A stretch of DNA of 64,000 nt from an uncultured Planctomycetota bacterium (GTDB lineage Bacteria > Planctomycetota > Planctomycetia > Isosphaerales > Isosphaeraceae). Below are positions 27,407 through 41,093 of this stretch, piece after piece (positions within the stretch are counted from its first letter, which is position 1; every line of letters begins with the position of its first letter). The notes below the pieces were generated by a model that made no database searches, was not told the origin of the DNA, and saw nothing but the letters and a program-made list of their open reading frames with translations. The position numbers were made by a program, and so were the translations under genes. The DNA lies in the NCBI GenBank assembly GCA_963823665.1, contig CAWGMQ010000010.1:576001-640000 (forward strand). Direction: 5' to 3'.

Positions 27407-27820
27407 TCAAACCGACCAGTCCTCCAGCACAAGCCCGGGAACTTGACCGAAGTCGCGGCGATTTCGCGTGACCAGGATCGACTGCCTCACCAAAGCAATC
27501 GAGGCGATCTTCCGGTCTTGTGTGCCGACGCGAATTCGAACAAGGCGCTGAAAATTGGTCTCGGCGGCCTGGTCGAACGGGAGAACTGGGAATTGCGCAA
27601 AGTCCAGGAGCGCTTGTTCGAGCATAGCGTAAGCTGCGATTCGTTTCGGCCCATCGTTTGCCCGAGCCAAGGTTGACAGCCGGCCGCGAAGGGTCTCCTC
27701 GACAGTCACCACGCTAATTCCGACCTCACCCAGGGAGCGCAACGCCAAGCGACGCGCGACCTGGGGGTGCCCATGCTGAAACAGCGTCAGGTGGTCGGTG
27801 TCAAAGACGTATCGGGGCAT
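27407..27820 (-). CDS. PIN-domain (VapC-like) toxin
   Basis: FDTD, VEE, QDRKIA and LVTRNRRDF motifs. Confidence 0.9.
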   Translation of the reverse strand: MPRYVFDTDHLTLFQHGHPQVARRLALRSLGEVGISVVTVEETLRGRLSTLARANDGPKRIAAYAMLEQALLDFAQFPVLPFDQAAETNFQRLVRIRVGTQDRKIASIALVRQSILVTRNRRDFGQVPGLVLEDWSV

Positions 27821-28158
27821 TCACCGGGGCCCGAGTTCTGCTGCTCACGGAGATCCATCTCTTCGCGGAACTTGCGAATCTCTTCTAGGTAGATGTCGAA
27901 GTCGGGGTCATCTTTGGCGTAGCCAAAGCGGCTCATGATCGGATTCTCCCGCCAAATCTCGACCCACTGAAGCGATCCCTCGTCGAACTGCTGGCGAACC
28001 GCGGCGCGGAGCCGCTCGATGGCTTCCTCGCGGGTGGGCGCCGTCGCCGACAACTCACACTGACCCACGAGCCGGGCCGTGAATTGCCCTGCGGGCTCCG
28101 CGCGGATCTGGACCAGGCAGGTAGGATACACGCTAGGCACTTGAGTTTCCGCGCTCAT
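27787..28158 (-). CDS. Putative antitoxin with HicB-like N-terminal fold
   Basis: [15 protein letters not shown] motif and [11 protein letters not shown] tail; overlaps the PIN gene. Confidence 0.7.
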   Translation of the reverse strand: MSAETQVPSVYPTCLVQIRAEPAGQFTARLVGQCELSATAPTREEAIERLRAAVRQQFDEGSLQWVEIWRENPIMSRFGYAKDDPDFDIYLEEIRKFREEMDLREQQNSGPGECPDTSLTPTT

Positions 28159-28362
28159 GCGATCAGCTCCGCGATGTTCTGGCGGATCATATGCACAGTC
28201 TATCGCCCTGGCCAGCACGCGGCAATCCGAACACACCGACCCGCGGTCCGAGGTCGATTCTCGCGATCCATTCTCCAAGACACCCGGGGTTGGTACACTC
28301 GGAACGCATGGTGGCAGCCAATCCGACCCAGCCCTGATTCCTCCCCACTCAAGAACCCGCTC

Positions 28363-29928
<1,566 letters not shown>

Positions 29929-30059
29929 TCCGCACAGCTTTTACTGGAAGCGTTTCCTGCCCTCATCGGCCTTCCCGGACGATCGATTCGTGATATCATC
30001 TAGACGAAGCAGGCTCGTTCTCGGTGTTGAAGCCGCGGCAGGAAGAAGGAGACCAGTTC

Positions 30060-31277
30060 ATGGGGCGAATCTCGTTGCGACTGACGGCGATGTGGCTGCT
30101 GGTATGCGCAAGCGCGATTTCGGTCGCTCAGGCCGAAACGAAGACAATCGCCCGCTGCGGGGCCGGTTTCCTCGAGGAAATCGACGGCTCTCGCGTGCTC
30201 CACGTCTCGGGCGAGCCCTATGAAATGGGCTACCAGCAAGGAGCCTTGCTCCGTGACGACATCCGCGAGAACATCCGCTTTCTCTTCCAGGTGAAGGCAA
30301 AAGAAATCACAGTCGAGGTCAAGGGCCTGAAGCTCCTCGATCCCAAGCGAGTCATTCAGGGCATCGTCTCGCAGCAGCGCAAGCACATCCCCGCGCGGTT
30401 CTTCGACGAGATGCGCGGAATTGCCGACGGCGCCGGCGTGGACGTGCAAGACGTGATCGTCGCCAATTTCATCCCCGAGCTCTTCCATTGCTCGGGCTTT
30501 GCATTGAGTGGATCGGCGACCAAGGACGGCACTTTGTACCACGGCCGTATCCTGGATTACGGCTGCGACTGGCGGCTCCAGGAGCACGCGGTCCTCACCG
30601 TCGCACAGCCCCGCGGCCGGATCCCGTTCGTGAACGTGACCTACGCCGGCTTCGTCGGCTCCGTGACCGGAATGAACGCCGAGCGAGTGTCGATCGGCGA
30701 AATGGGTGGGCGTGGCATGGGCCACTGGGACGGGGTTCCCATGGCCCTCCTCGTCCGGATGGTTCTCGAAGAGGCTGACAAACTCGACCGCGCAATCGAC
30801 ATCTTCCGCAACAACCCCCGAACCTGTGAGTATTACTTCGTGGTCGCCGACGGCGAAACCGGCAAGGCGGTCGGGATGGAAGCCTCCTGGGATAAGTTCG
30901 GTGTCATCGGAATGGGCGAAAGCCATCCCCGGCTGCCCCACCCGTTCAAGGACGCCGTCCTCCTCTCTGCCGGCGATCGCTACGAGCATCTCGTGAAGCG
31001 AGTCGAAAAGGGCCTGGGCTCGTTCGACGCCGAGTCCGCCCGCAGTTTGATGGACCGGCCCGTCGCGATGAAATCGAATCTGCACAGCGTCTTGTTTGAA
31101 ACCACCACGACGCGATTCTGGGTCGCCAACGCCTCCAAGGACGGCAGGCCCGCCTCCGAGCAGCCATACCACGAATTCAAGCTGCGCGACCTCCTCGCTC
31201 ATCAGGCTCACACAGGCTCCCCGGAGCTCGCGCCACCACCGGCGCCTCGGGCCGCGTCCGTCGGTCTGGCACGTTGA
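30060..31277 (+). CDS. Secreted C45 family Ntn-hydrolase
   Basis: Signal peptide, GYQQG, autoproteolytic Cys in FHCSGFA, HGRILDY and TGMN. Confidence 0.85.
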   Translation: MGRISLRLTAMWLLVCASAISVAQAETKTIARCGAGFLEEIDGSRVLHVSGEPYEMGYQQGALLRDDIRENIRFLFQVKAKEITVEVKGLKLLDPKRVIQGIVSQQRKHIPARFFDEMRGIADGAGVDVQDVIVANFIPELFHCSGFALSGSATKDGTLYHGRILDYGCDWRLQEHAVLTVAQPRGRIPFVNVTYAGFVGSVTGMNAERVSIGEMGGRGMGHWDGVPMALLVRMVLEEADKLDRAIDIFRNNPRTCEYYFVVADGETGKAVGMEASWDKFGVIGMGESHPRLPHPFKDAVLLSAGDRYEHLVKRVEKGLGSFDAESARSLMDRPVAMKSNLHSVLFETTTTRFWVANASKDGRPASEQPYHEFKLRDLLAHQAHTGSPELAPPPAPRAASVGLAR

Positions 31278-31362
31278 ACATACAGATCCTTGCCCGCTTC
31301 CCCGAATTCCTGATCCGTATCCTGGACCGCTCAAGCGTCACACATCCGAGGAGAGTAGTTTG

Positions 31363-31970
31363 ATGCGGAATCTCTTGACCGCCGCGGCTCTGCTTGCGGC
31401 CTGGGCCGTCGTTTCGCAACCCGCGGTCGCAGCAATCCAAGAAAATCGACCTGCGCACCAAGGAAGGCGCCGCGGCTGTCAAGGGAGAATGGAAGTACCA
31501 CGACGTCAAGATCGTCGAGGTCGATGGCAAGGCACCCGACGGCAAGCCCAACAAGACCTACAACATCGAGCCTCATGCCGAGAAGGCCGAGTTCGACGAC
31601 AGCAAGTGGGAGACGGTCGCCCCCGAGACCTTGAAGGACCGCCGCTCCACCGGCCAGGTCTGCTTCTGCTGGTATCGAATCAAGGTCACCATCCCCCCGG
31701 AAGCCGCAGGGCAAAGCCGTCTACTTCCAGACAACCGTCGACGACTACGGCGAGATCTGGGTCGACGGCCACCTCCCTCGCACTCCCGGCAAGGGGGGCG
31801 AGGCCGTCGTCGCCGGCTTCAATGCGCCCAATCGCGTCGAGCTCAAGGAACCCAAGCCCGGCAAGGTCTATCAAATCGCCGTCTTCGGAATCAACGGTCC
31901 GATCTCGGCCGCCCCCACCAACTGGATCTTCCTGGGCGACACCTTCCTCGAGATCGTTGACAAGAAGTGA
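31363..31970 (+). CDS. Secreted galactose-binding-like (jelly-roll) protein, two frameshifts
   Basis: Signal peptide; [17 protein letters not shown] and [11 protein letters not shown] motifs across frames. Confidence 0.65.
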
Positions 31971-31984
31971 GCGGCTCGAACGCC

Positions 31985-32879
31985 ATGGTTCTGCTCGAAA
32001 CCAATCTGGGCGGCGGTAAGCTCCCGAAGCGCAGCGGCAAGGTTCGCGACGTTTATGACCTGGGTGACCGCCTTCTCCTGGTCGCGACCGATCGCTTGAG
32101 CGCGTTTGACTGGGTGCTCCCGAACGGCATCCCCGACAAAGGCCGGGTCCTGACCGGCCTCTCGATTTACTGGTTCGATCTCATCAAGGTTCCCAACCAC
32201 TTGATCACGACCGATGTCGACTCGGCTCTGCGCGAGCTGCCTCCCGGCGAGCGCGACGCACTCCGGGGCCGCTCGATGGTTGTCAAGAAGGCCCGGGTCG
32301 TTCCTTTCGAATGCGTCGTTCGTGGCTATCTCTCCGGTAGTGCTTGGAAGGAATACCGCGCCTCCGGCGCCGTCTGCGGCATCCCGCTTCCCCCGGGCCT
32401 GCTCGAAAGCCAGGCGATCGATCCCATCTTCACGCCCGCTACCAAGGCCCAGACCGGCCATGACGAGAACGTCACGTTCGACTTCATGGCGGCTTCCGTC
32501 GGCAAGGAAGTCGCGGAAACGTTACAATCAATGAGCCTGGAGGTGTATCGGGTCGCGTCCGAGCACGCGGCCCGCCACGGGCTCATTCTGGCGGATACCA
32601 AGTTCGAATGGGGGTTTGACGACCAGACCGGTGAGCTTCTGCTGGTCGACGAAGTCCTCACGCCAGACAGCTCTCGCTTCTGGCCGGCCCAGGCGTACCA
32701 GCCCGGCGGCCCGCAGCCGTCCTTTGACAAGCAGTTTGTTCGCGACTGGCTCGAATCCACGGCCTGGGACAAGGCAAGCCCCCCACCCGCGTTGCCCGAT
32801 CCGATCGTCCAGAAGACGCGAGCCAAGTACATCGAAGCCTATCGAGCTCCTGACCGGACGCGCCTTCCAATCGAGCTGA
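31985..32879 (+). CDS. purC: SAICAR synthetase, frameshift near 32842
   Basis: [34 protein letters not shown] and SFDKQ motifs. Confidence 0.95.
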
Positions 32880-32899
32880 ACCGGAGGAAGAGGCCCGGA

Positions 32900-34065
32900 A
32901 TGCTCCGATACCTGACCGCTGGTGAATCGCACGGGCCCGCCCTCACGGCGATCGTCGAAGGTTTTCCCTCGGGCATCACGCTCGACACGGCCTTGATCGA
33001 CCGCGAGCTCGAGCGCCGCCAGGGCGGTTACGGGCGCGGCAAGCGGCAGAAACTCGAGACCGACCGCATCATCGTCGAATCGGGAGTTTACCACGGCGTC
33101 ACGACCGGAAGCCCGCTCACGCTGCGTCTGCTCAACAACGACGCCAAACTCGAGCGCCTCAGCGAGCCGGCTGCGCCGCGAGGCGGCCACATCGACCTGG
33201 CCGGCGCGATCAACTATCAAACCGGCATCCGCCAGGTCCTCGAACGCGCGAGCGCCGCGAAACCGCACTCCGCGTCGCCGCGGGAGCCTTCGCCAAGCTG
33301 CTCCTCGCCCAGCTCGAAATCACCGTCTTCGGCTACGTGCGCGAGCTCGGCGGCATTTCAGCCGAGCCCAAATCCTTCGACCTCACCGTCCGCGATAGAA
33401 GCCCGGTTTACACCCTGAACCCCGAGGTCGATCAGGCGATCGTCGCCGCCATCGACGCCGCCCGCGAAGCCGGCGACACCTTGGGCGGCGTCGTTGAGAC
33501 CATCGTCACCGGCTGCCCGATCGGTTTGGGCAGCCATGCCCAGTGGGACCGCAAGCTCGACGCCCGTCTGGCGTGCGCCGTCATGAGCATTCAGGCAATC
33601 AAGGCCGTCGAAATCGGCCTCGGAGTCGATGCTGCAAAACGCCCGGGGTCAAAAGTCATGGACCCGATCAGCTTCGAGAAAAACCACCTCGACTCCGACC
33701 GCCGCTTTGGATTCCGCAGACCCACGAACAACGCCGGAGGCATCGAGGGCGGCACGTCCAACGGCGAGCCCATCGTCGTTCGCGCTTCAAAAAAGCCCAT
33801 CAGCACCCTCGCCGCCCGTGGGCCTTCGATCAACATGGCGACCAAGCTCCCCCAGCCCGCGGCCTACGAACGATCGGATGTCTGTGCCGTCCCCGCCGCC
33901 AGCGTGATCGTCGAAAACGTGGTCGCCTTCGAGATCGCCGCGGCCGTGGTCGAAAAATACGTCGGCACAAGCCTCGAGGCAATCCAGTCCGCCATGTCCG
34001 CCTTCCACGAGCTGAACCGAACCCGCCTCGCCCACTGGGGTGATTCGCCCGACTCCAAAGTGTAA
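32900..34065 (+). CDS. aroC: Chorismate synthase, frameshift near 33255
   Basis: [35 protein letters not shown] and ERSD motifs. Confidence 0.95.
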
Positions 34066-34155
34066 TTGAGCGAATCCGCCGATTCGTCTATCCTTACCCG
34101 CGGAGGGACCCGTTTCGCCCGCCCCGTCTTTCGCGGAGCCTGCTGGGAGCCAAGG

Positions 34156-35491
34156 ATGTTTCCCCTCACCCGCCCATTGCGCCAATCTGCTTGCACAGTC
34201 CTGCTCCTGGCATTCACCGCGCTCCCCACGCTGGCCATCGCCGCGATCGCCTGGCGGATCAACCAGCCAGGCCACGTGCGCGATGTCGAAGTCGAGCTGG
34301 GACGCAAGGTCGGAATGCACGTGAGCCTCGACGCAACCAGCTACCCCGCCCCCGGAGAAGTCGTCTACCAGGGCCTGGTCCTTCGCGCAAGAACCGCGAG
34401 GCAAACAATTTGCCGAAATCGGCCGCGCGGACATGGTCCGTCTCTCCCGGTCCGATCACGATCTCACCGTCTTGCTCGAAAACCCCCAGCTCCACGCCTC
34501 GAGCCCCGCCCAGGGAATGGCGTTCCTCGACCGCATTATCCAGCGCTCAATCTCCATCCCATTCGAGCGCATCGGCTTGAGCGCCCCCGCGTGCCGGCTC
34601 GACCTGGGCAAGGACGATCTGCAATTCACGTTCATGGACGTGGCGGGTGAGTTCATCTCCGATCCCGCCGCTCCCACGCTGAAGCTCGCTTACCGCGTTC
34701 CCGGCAGCGGAAAAGGCTCGCGGTGCGAGCTGGTTCTCACCCGCGACCGCCGCACCGAGCCGTTCGAGACGTCGCTCGCATTCCGTACCGTGGAAGGCTC
34801 TCCCTTGCCCGCCCGGATGCTCAGCGTCTTGTTCGACGCCGACGACTGGTTCGGCGCCGAAGCCAAGATCTCCGGATCGCTCGAGTTGCGACAGGCAAAC
34901 TCATCCGACTGGAAAGCCCGCTTCGAAGGCGAGATCCTCGACGTCGATCTCGCCCGGCTCGTCAACCAGCGCTTTCCCCGTCACCGGCTCACCGGAAAGG
35001 CCCGCATCACGTTCGAGAAAGCCGTGTGGGGCCAGCGGCCATCGGGCCAGGGCCCGGGTTGGATCGACGTGAAAGGCCAGCTCGTCGCGGGCGCCGGATC
35101 AATCGGCCTCAACCTGTTCGAATCTCTGGCCAGGGAGATGAAATTCCGGCCCGGTGCTCGCAAGCCGTATGTCGACCCTCGCAAGCCCGAAGTGGAGTTC
35201 CGCTCGCTCGGGCTGTCGTTCGCGATGCAGGCAACAGGCGAGATCCAGATCACCGGTGCCTTGGGCGCTGAGTTTCCGCCCGACGCCATCCTCGCCAGCT
35301 CAAGCTCGACCCTGCTCTCCGCGCCCCAAGGCGCCGCCAGCGTGCACAGCCTGATCAAAACGCTCTTCCCAACCGCTGCGAACAACCCCGGCGTCCTGAT
35401 CCCGCTGACGAGTGAGTCTCAGGTCTTGCTGTCGCTTCCCCGCCCCGCCGGAAGCGACTCAACAACCCGCCCCACCCTCGACGCCAACTGA
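34156..35491 (+). CDS. Hypothetical membrane-anchored beta-rich (AsmA-like) protein, frameshifted near 34390-34430
   Basis: N-terminal TM followed by a long beta-strand-rich ORF (34433-35491). Confidence 0.6.
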
Positions 35492-35516
35492 TCGTGCCAC
35501 GCTCTCGCGCTCTCTT

Positions 35517-35548
35517 CCCCCCCTTGAGAAGGGGGGGCCGGGGGGGTT
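35517..35548. repeat. C/G-run REP-like hairpin between convergent genes
   Basis: CCCCCCCTT-GAG-AAGGGGGGG followed by CCGGGGGGGTT. Confidence 0.6.
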
Positions 35549-35574
35549 CTGGCGTCAGACACCGCACCCGTTCG

Positions 35575-36649
35575 TCACTCTTCACTATGGTCCACAACCG
35601 CTCCATTCGCGCTCGCGATCCCGCCCGAAGCCGTCCGGTTGTTCAAAACCTTGGCGGCGATCTCATCCGCCACCTGGGGATTGTCGCGCAGATACTGCTT
35701 GGCATTCTCACGGCCCTGACCGATCCGCAAATCGCCGTAGTTAAACCACGACCCGGATTTATCAATGATCTTGTCGATGATCGCCAGATCGAGCAGATCG
35801 GCTTCGCGGGAAATACCGTGCGTGTACATCATGTCAAACTCGCAGACGCGGAACGGCGGAGCGACTTTGTTCTTCACCACCTTCGCCTTGATCCGCGAGC
35901 CGACGACTTCCTCGCCGTCCTTGACCGGTCCGATCCGCCGGACGTCGATCCGGCACGAGCTGTAAAACTTGAGAGCACGCCCTCCCGGGGTCGTTTCCGG
36001 GCTTCCGAACATCACCCCGATCTTCTCCCGGATCTGGTTGATGAAGATCAGCACGCACTTGGACCGCGCAACTCCTCCCGTCAGCTTGCGCAACGCCTGG
36101 CTCATGAGCCTCGCCTGAATCCCCACAAACGTGTCGCCGATTTCACCCTCCAGCTCGGCCTTCGGCACCAGCGCAGCAACCGAGTCGATCACCACAATGT
36201 CGACAGCGTTCGACAGCACCAACATCTCCGCGATCTGGAGCGCCTCTTCCGCACTCCCGGGCTGGCTGACCAGCAAGGCTTCAATGTCCACCCCCAGCCG
36301 CTTGCACCACGCCGGGTCGAGCGCGTGCTCGGCATCGATGAACGCTGCCACCCCCCCGTTGCGCTGCGCCTGGGCGACGGCATGCAGCGCGATCGTCGTC
36401 TTGCCGCTCGATTCCGGCCCGAACAGCTCGACCATCCGCCCCCGCGGCAACCCCTTGCCCCCAAGCGCCAGATCCAGTGAGAGCGCCCCCGTCGAAACCC
36501 CCTCGACCTCCATGTGCGATCCCTCGCCCAGCTTCATGATCGCGCCGGCACCAAATGTTTTCTCGATCTGGCTGAGCGCGTTGTTCAAGCGCCTTCTGTT
36601 CGGCCGACATCGCCGCCTTGCTCTCGGTCGCTCCCTGTCGCTTGGCCAC
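35575..36649 (-). CDS. recA: Recombinase A, frameshift near 36587
   Basis: [32 protein letters not shown] and GGRALKFY motifs. Confidence 0.97.
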
Positions 36650-36724
36650 GGCTCTCGCTCCTTCCTTGATTCCCCTTGACTATGTACGTAAGAACAGTAA
36701 TATAGCGACGCATCCGCTGATTGG

Positions 36725-37324
36725 TCAAGGCGAACGCGTCGATTTCTCGCCCTCGAGACGTGCCCGGCCCAGGGGCTCGTAACTCGGCCCTTCCGCTGTC
36801 GGCCGTGAGGCAAACCCGACGACCTCAACAGCCGTGAAGTCACCGCACGACCACGAGCGATATCGTTCCACGACTTTCGTCAAATCGCAAGGCCCTCGCC
36901 GGCCGGGCTTGAATCGGCCCAACGTCACGTGCGGATGAAAGCGCTCGTCTGACGGATAACCCGCTCTTGCCGCGGCGCCGGTAACGGCGCGCTGGATCTC
37001 GTCAAGAAGTGCGGGTTTCCGTGCCGGAAGCCCGGCCCAGACGACTCTCGGCCGCCCCGGCGAGGGAAACGCGCCCACGCCCTCGAAATGCAGCTCGCAA
37101 GGTGGGAAGCGGCCGACGCTCGAGCCAACGACCTCGAGCAGGCGGCTCAGATCACCGTTTCGCACGTCGCCCAGGAACGCAAGTGTCATGTGGAATGCGG
37201 TCTTCTCGCTCGTCCAGCGGCATCCGGTAAGCTCCGGCGCAAGCGTTCTTTGCACCTCTCTGAGCGCCTCTCCCATCGGCTCCGGAATCTCGATCGCAAA
37301 GAATGTTCGCGTGGTCTGGCTCAT
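36725..37324 (-). CDS. thpR: RNA 2',3'-cyclic phosphodiesterase
   Basis: RTFFAI and two HxT motifs (HMTL, HVTL); immediately upstream of recA. Confidence 0.9.
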   Translation of the reverse strand: MSQTTRTFFAIEIPEPMGEALREVQRTLAPELTGCRWTSEKTAFHMTLAFLGDVRNGDLSRLLEVVGSSVGRFPPCELHFEGVGAFPSPGRPRVVWAGLPARKPALLDEIQRAVTGAAARAGYPSDERFHPHVTLGRFKPGRRGPCDLTKVVERYRSWSCGDFTAVEVVGFASRPTAEGPSYEPLGRARLEGEKSTRSP

Positions 37325-37370
37325 CGATTGCAAACGCCCAGAGGCGCCTCCGAGCCGTCCTCCCCGTCCG

Positions 37371-37817
37371 CTAATGCAGTTGGTCTCTGATCCAGTCCAG
37401 CAGGCGATCGAGCATGCGCGGAGGCGACTTCACACTGTCGTCCTCTTCAACGAAGCGCTCGAAATGGTCGCCCTTGACCACGAGGACCAGCCGCGTCACG
37501 TCACGGCGATGCTCATCCGGATCGAAATCCTCGACCTTGAACCCCTTGAGCGGGTTCCCTTTCTGCGTGAAATCGACTTTGAGCTGCCCCCGGCCCGCCG
37601 AACTGAACCACACCTTGCTCTTTCCGCCCGGGGCGATCGCACCCACGTCCACTCGCGTATCCGCATAGCTCGCGGACACGCCCTGCATCGGCTCATCCCC
37701 TTCGTTCACGATCATCGCCGAAGCCGTCGACGTGCCCCAGTACCGCATCGCACACTCGAGCCCGACCGCGATCGCGACGACCAGCACGCCCACCAGGATG
37801 ACCCAGCGTCGAGACAT
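37371..37817 (-). CDS. Hypothetical membrane-anchored protein
   Basis: N-terminal TM WVILVGVLVVAIAVG; lies within the operon. Confidence 0.7.
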   Translation of the reverse strand: MSRRWVILVGVLVVAIAVGLECAMRYWGTSTASAMIVNEGDEPMQGVSASYADTRVDVGAIAPGGKSKVWFSSAGRGQLKVDFTQKGNPLKGFKVEDFDPDEHRRDVTRLVLVVKGDHFERFVEEDDSVKSPPRMLDRLLDWIRDQLH

Positions 37818-37852
37818 TGCAGGAGCCTGGAGTGACGAAGTAGAGACCCAGA

Positions 37853-38831
37853 TCAAGACGCCGCAGCGTGATGGCTTACCAGATCGTTGATCTCCGCCGA
37901 CGCGCCGAAATTCTCGCGGTACCGCGCCGCGAACTCTTGTAGCGTGTACGCATGTTGCTGCGGACCATGCTGCTCGACGGCATACACCCCCGCCAGCGCC
38001 GCCAGCCGGCCCACCACAGGCCAGGGCAGCTTGCGCTTGTAACCCAGAACCAAGCCCGACCGGAATGCATCGCCAGCCCCCGTCGGATCAACCACCTTCT
38101 TGCATTTGGCAGCCGGTATCTCGAAGGTTTCTTCGCCCACGGTGATCACCGAGCCTGCCTCCCCGCGCGTCATGACCGTGATCGGCACCCTCCGGCGCAG
38201 CTCAGCCTCCGTGATGCCCAGCTTCTCGGCGAGCATCCCGAATTCGTAATCGTTCCCCGCCAGAATCCGTGCACCGGCGCATCCTTTCTCCAGGTCGTCG
38301 CGTGAAAGCCTCGGCAACTGCATCGACGGATCGTAGAGATAGGGAACCCCCGCCTCGGTGCATTCCGCCACCGCCCGGTTCATCGCTCCGGGATCGTTGG
38401 GCGCGATCAGCACCAGGTCGTCCGGTGCCGACCCCCGCTTCCGGCAGCGAGATCGTCCGCGCGTGCGACATCGCCCCCGGATAGAACGCCGTGATCTGGT
38501 TATCTTGCAAGTCCGTGTTGATGAAACACGAGGCGGTGTGCTCCCCGCCAATCACCTTCACCGCGTGGCAGTCGACCCCGATCGACTCCAGAAACGACCG
38601 GTAATCCGCGAAATCGTCCCCGACCGCCCCGACCAGCACCGGGCGCTGTCCCAGCAGCCCCAGGTTGTAAGCGATGTTCGCCCCCGTGCCGCCCCGCCGT
38701 CGTGTCAGCGAGTCGACCAGGAACGAAACCGACAGCACGTGCATCTTGTCCGGCAGGATGTGGTCCTGAAAACGCCCGGGAAACACCATGATATAGTCAT
38801 AGGCGATCGAGCCCGTCACAAAGATCCGCAT
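37853..38831 (-). CDS. PfkB family kinase (adenosine kinase-like), frameshift near 38430
   Basis: TGSIAYD, GGTGANIAY, NDYE and DPTGAGDAF motifs. Confidence 0.9.
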
Positions 38832-38856
38832 GCGTTCGACCTCGTTCGTTGTGTAT

Positions 38857-40350
38857 TCAAGACTCATCCTGCTTTCCTAGCATCGCCAGCGTCTGTTCAA
38901 TCCGGCTACGGCAGACGTCGCGCCCCAGGATGGCGAGGCAGTCGTAAAGCCCCGGCCCAACCCCTTGCCCTGTGACCGCCACCCGTAGCGGGTTCACGAC
39001 CTCACCCATCTTCCGGCCGCTCCGCTCCCCGTAGTCGTGCACTGCCTTCTCTAGCGTGGATACATCGAATGGCTCCGTCTCCGCGAGCACCCGGTCGAGT
39101 TCCAGAAGCATCGCGTCAACGCCCTCCTTTCGCAGCCGTTTCTTCACGGCGTCGGGGTCAAAGGTGAGCTCCCGGGTGAAGAAATACCGGCCCAGCTTCA
39201 GGACATCGGAAAAGACCTTCAGCCGGTCGCCCAGCGCTACGATGACCGCTTCGACCCGCGCACGCTTCCCCGCCGCGAGCGGCTCGCCGACCAATCCCTC
39301 GCGCTTCAGAAACGGAACCACTCCCTCCACTTTCTCCTCGAGTGGCAGCTTCCGCATCCACTCCCCCTCGATCCAGAACAGCTTGTCCTGGTCGTGGCTC
39401 GCCGGCGAGCTGTTCACCTTCTCGAGCGTGAATTTCTCGATCAGCTCCTGCCGGCCAAACACCTCCTGCGAGGCGTCGTAGCTCCAGCCCAGCCGCGCCA
39501 GATAATTCACGAGGGCGTCCGGAAGATAGCCGCGCTCGACGTACTGATGCAGATAAACCAGAATGCCACTCTTCTCATACTCCGCAAGCTTCCGCTTCGA
39601 CATCTTCGCTCGCGACCCTGGCTCCGCAACATAAGGAATATGGGCGAACTGCGGCAACTTGTCGCCCAATGCCTCGAAGACCAGGAGCTGCGGAAAAGTA
39701 TTCGAGAGGTGTTCGTCGGCACGAACCACATGCGTGATCTCCATGTCGACGTCGTCCACGACGCTGGCGAAGTTATAGAGCGGGCTACCGTCGGGTCGCA
39801 CGATCACGAAATCGCCGATCTCATCGGTCGCAAACTCGACGTCCCCCTTGATCAGGTCATGGAGCACGAGCATGCGTCCGGCGGGAACTTGGAACCGCAG
39901 CGCGAACGGGCGGCCTTCCGCCTCATACTGTGCCGCGGTCTGCTCCGAAAGCTCCTTGCGGCGAAACCGATAGGCCCGCTTGTCGCGTTCCGCGGCTGCC
40001 TTGTCCGCGGCTCGCTCTCCCTCGGTGCTGTAGTCGCGGTAGACGTGCCCCGAGCTCGCGAGTCGTGCCGCCGCCTGGCGATAGCGCTCAGCCCGCTGCG
40101 ATTGGTAATACGGCCCTTTTGATCCGCCGACTTCCGGCCCCTCGTCCCAGTCGATCCCGATCCACCGGAACCCGTCGAGGATCCTTGCCACTGCGCTTTC
40201 GACGTGCCGCTGCTGGTCGGTGTCGTCAATTCGTAAAATAAACTGCCCACCCTGGTGACGCGCCAGCAGCCAGTTGAAGAGCGCTGTTCGCACTCCGCCA
40301 ATGTGCAAATAACCGGTCGGGCTGGGCGCGAATCGGGTTCGAATGCTCAT
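38857..40350 (-). CDS. gltX: Glutamate--tRNA ligase
   Basis: RFAPSPTGYLHIGG, LRIDDTD and KMSKR motifs. Confidence 0.95.
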   Translation of the reverse strand: MSIRTRFAPSPTGYLHIGGVRTALFNWLLARHQGGQFILRIDDTDQQRHVESAVARILDGFRWIGIDWDEGPEVGGSKGPYYQSQRAERYRQAAARLASSGHVYRDYSTEGERAADKAAAERDKRAYRFRRKELSEQTAAQYEAEGRPFALRFQVPAGRMLVLHDLIKGDVEFATDEIGDFVIVRPDGSPLYNFASVVDDVDMEITHVVRADEHLSNTFPQLLVFEALGDKLPQFAHIPYVAEPGSRAKMSKRKLAEYEKSGILVYLHQYVERGYLPDALVNYLARLGWSYDASQEVFGRQELIEKFTLEKVNSSPASHDQDKLFWIEGEWMRKLPLEEKVEGVVPFLKREGLVGEPLAAGKRARVEAVIVALGDRLKVFSDVLKLGRYFFTRELTFDPDAVKKRLRKEGVDAMLLELDRVLAETEPFDVSTLEKAVHDYGERSGRKMGEVVNPLRVAVTGQGVGPGLYDCLAILGRDVCRSRIEQTLAMLGKQDES

Positions 40351-40507
40351 GTCACTGATTCGCAGCCGGCTCGCCTGGCTTGGGAGGGTGAAATCGGCGC
40401 ACGCATGCCGCGCGACGCCAAGCTCACGATAGGGTCTAGCGCGCCAACTGTCAACCATCGCAAGGTCGCGACGGGCCATCGCCAGTCGCGCGATCGTGCA
40501 CGGCGGT

Positions 40508-40831
40508 CTAGACTTCCGTCAATTCCGCGGCGTCCAGCTTCTTGTACCCCAATCCCTGCAGCACCTCGAGCACTTCGCTCCAGGTAGGAAACATCCTGCC
40601 GCTGCGTCGTTTGTACTCGTTCATTGCCAGCATGAACTCCATCTCGGCGTCCGAGTAATCGCGCTCGCTGGTCGTCGGATCGACAAATCGCCGCCGGCCG
40701 CTAGCCTGGCGGGCGTTTGCCGCTCGCGTGGCTTGCTCGGAAGCGCGTCGATTCGTCCAGGCCTCGTCGGCCTGGTCTCTACTGGAATTCGCGACAGAAG
40801 CCTCTCTGTCGTCACATAGTGGTCTGCTCAT
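40508..40831 (-). CDS. Conserved small hypothetical protein
   Basis: [46 protein letters not shown], recalled as a planctomycete-conserved motif; start uncertain. Confidence 0.7.
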   Translation of the reverse strand: MSRPLCDDREASVANSSRDQADEAWTNRRASEQATRAANARQASGRRRFVDPTTSERDYSDAEMEFMLAMNEYKRRSGRMFPTWSEVLEVLQGLGYKKLDAAELTEV

Positions 40832-41002
40832 CCGCTCCAAGCTCCTCTCGGTGCCCACCTTGGTGACTACAGAACTCTTGACCAGGCAGCACGTTGGAAG
40901 AAGTTGTCCGGCGACAGGCCTCCTGCGCTTGATGATCCGTCCCCTTCCGTCGGGCGGTGACAACGATTGTCGTTCCCTGAAGCATCCCACTGGTCAGGAT
41001 AG

Positions 41003-41044
41003 AATGTTGGGGTGACATCAGTGTGTCACCCCGACGTTTTTTTT
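41003..41044 (+). terminator. Intrinsic terminator-like hairpin with T8 tail
   Basis: AATGTTGGGGTGACA-TCAGTG-TGTCACCCCGACGTT followed by a T-run. Confidence 0.55.
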
Positions 41045-41093
41045 GGCCGAATGAACGTGCCGAATACTCCGATTTTGCGCGCTGAGGTCGAAT

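Noticed and set aside
31967..33418. PurC-AroC fusion protein
   Set aside because: Produced by a frameshift near 32842. purC ends at 32879 and aroC has its own SD and ATG at 32900.
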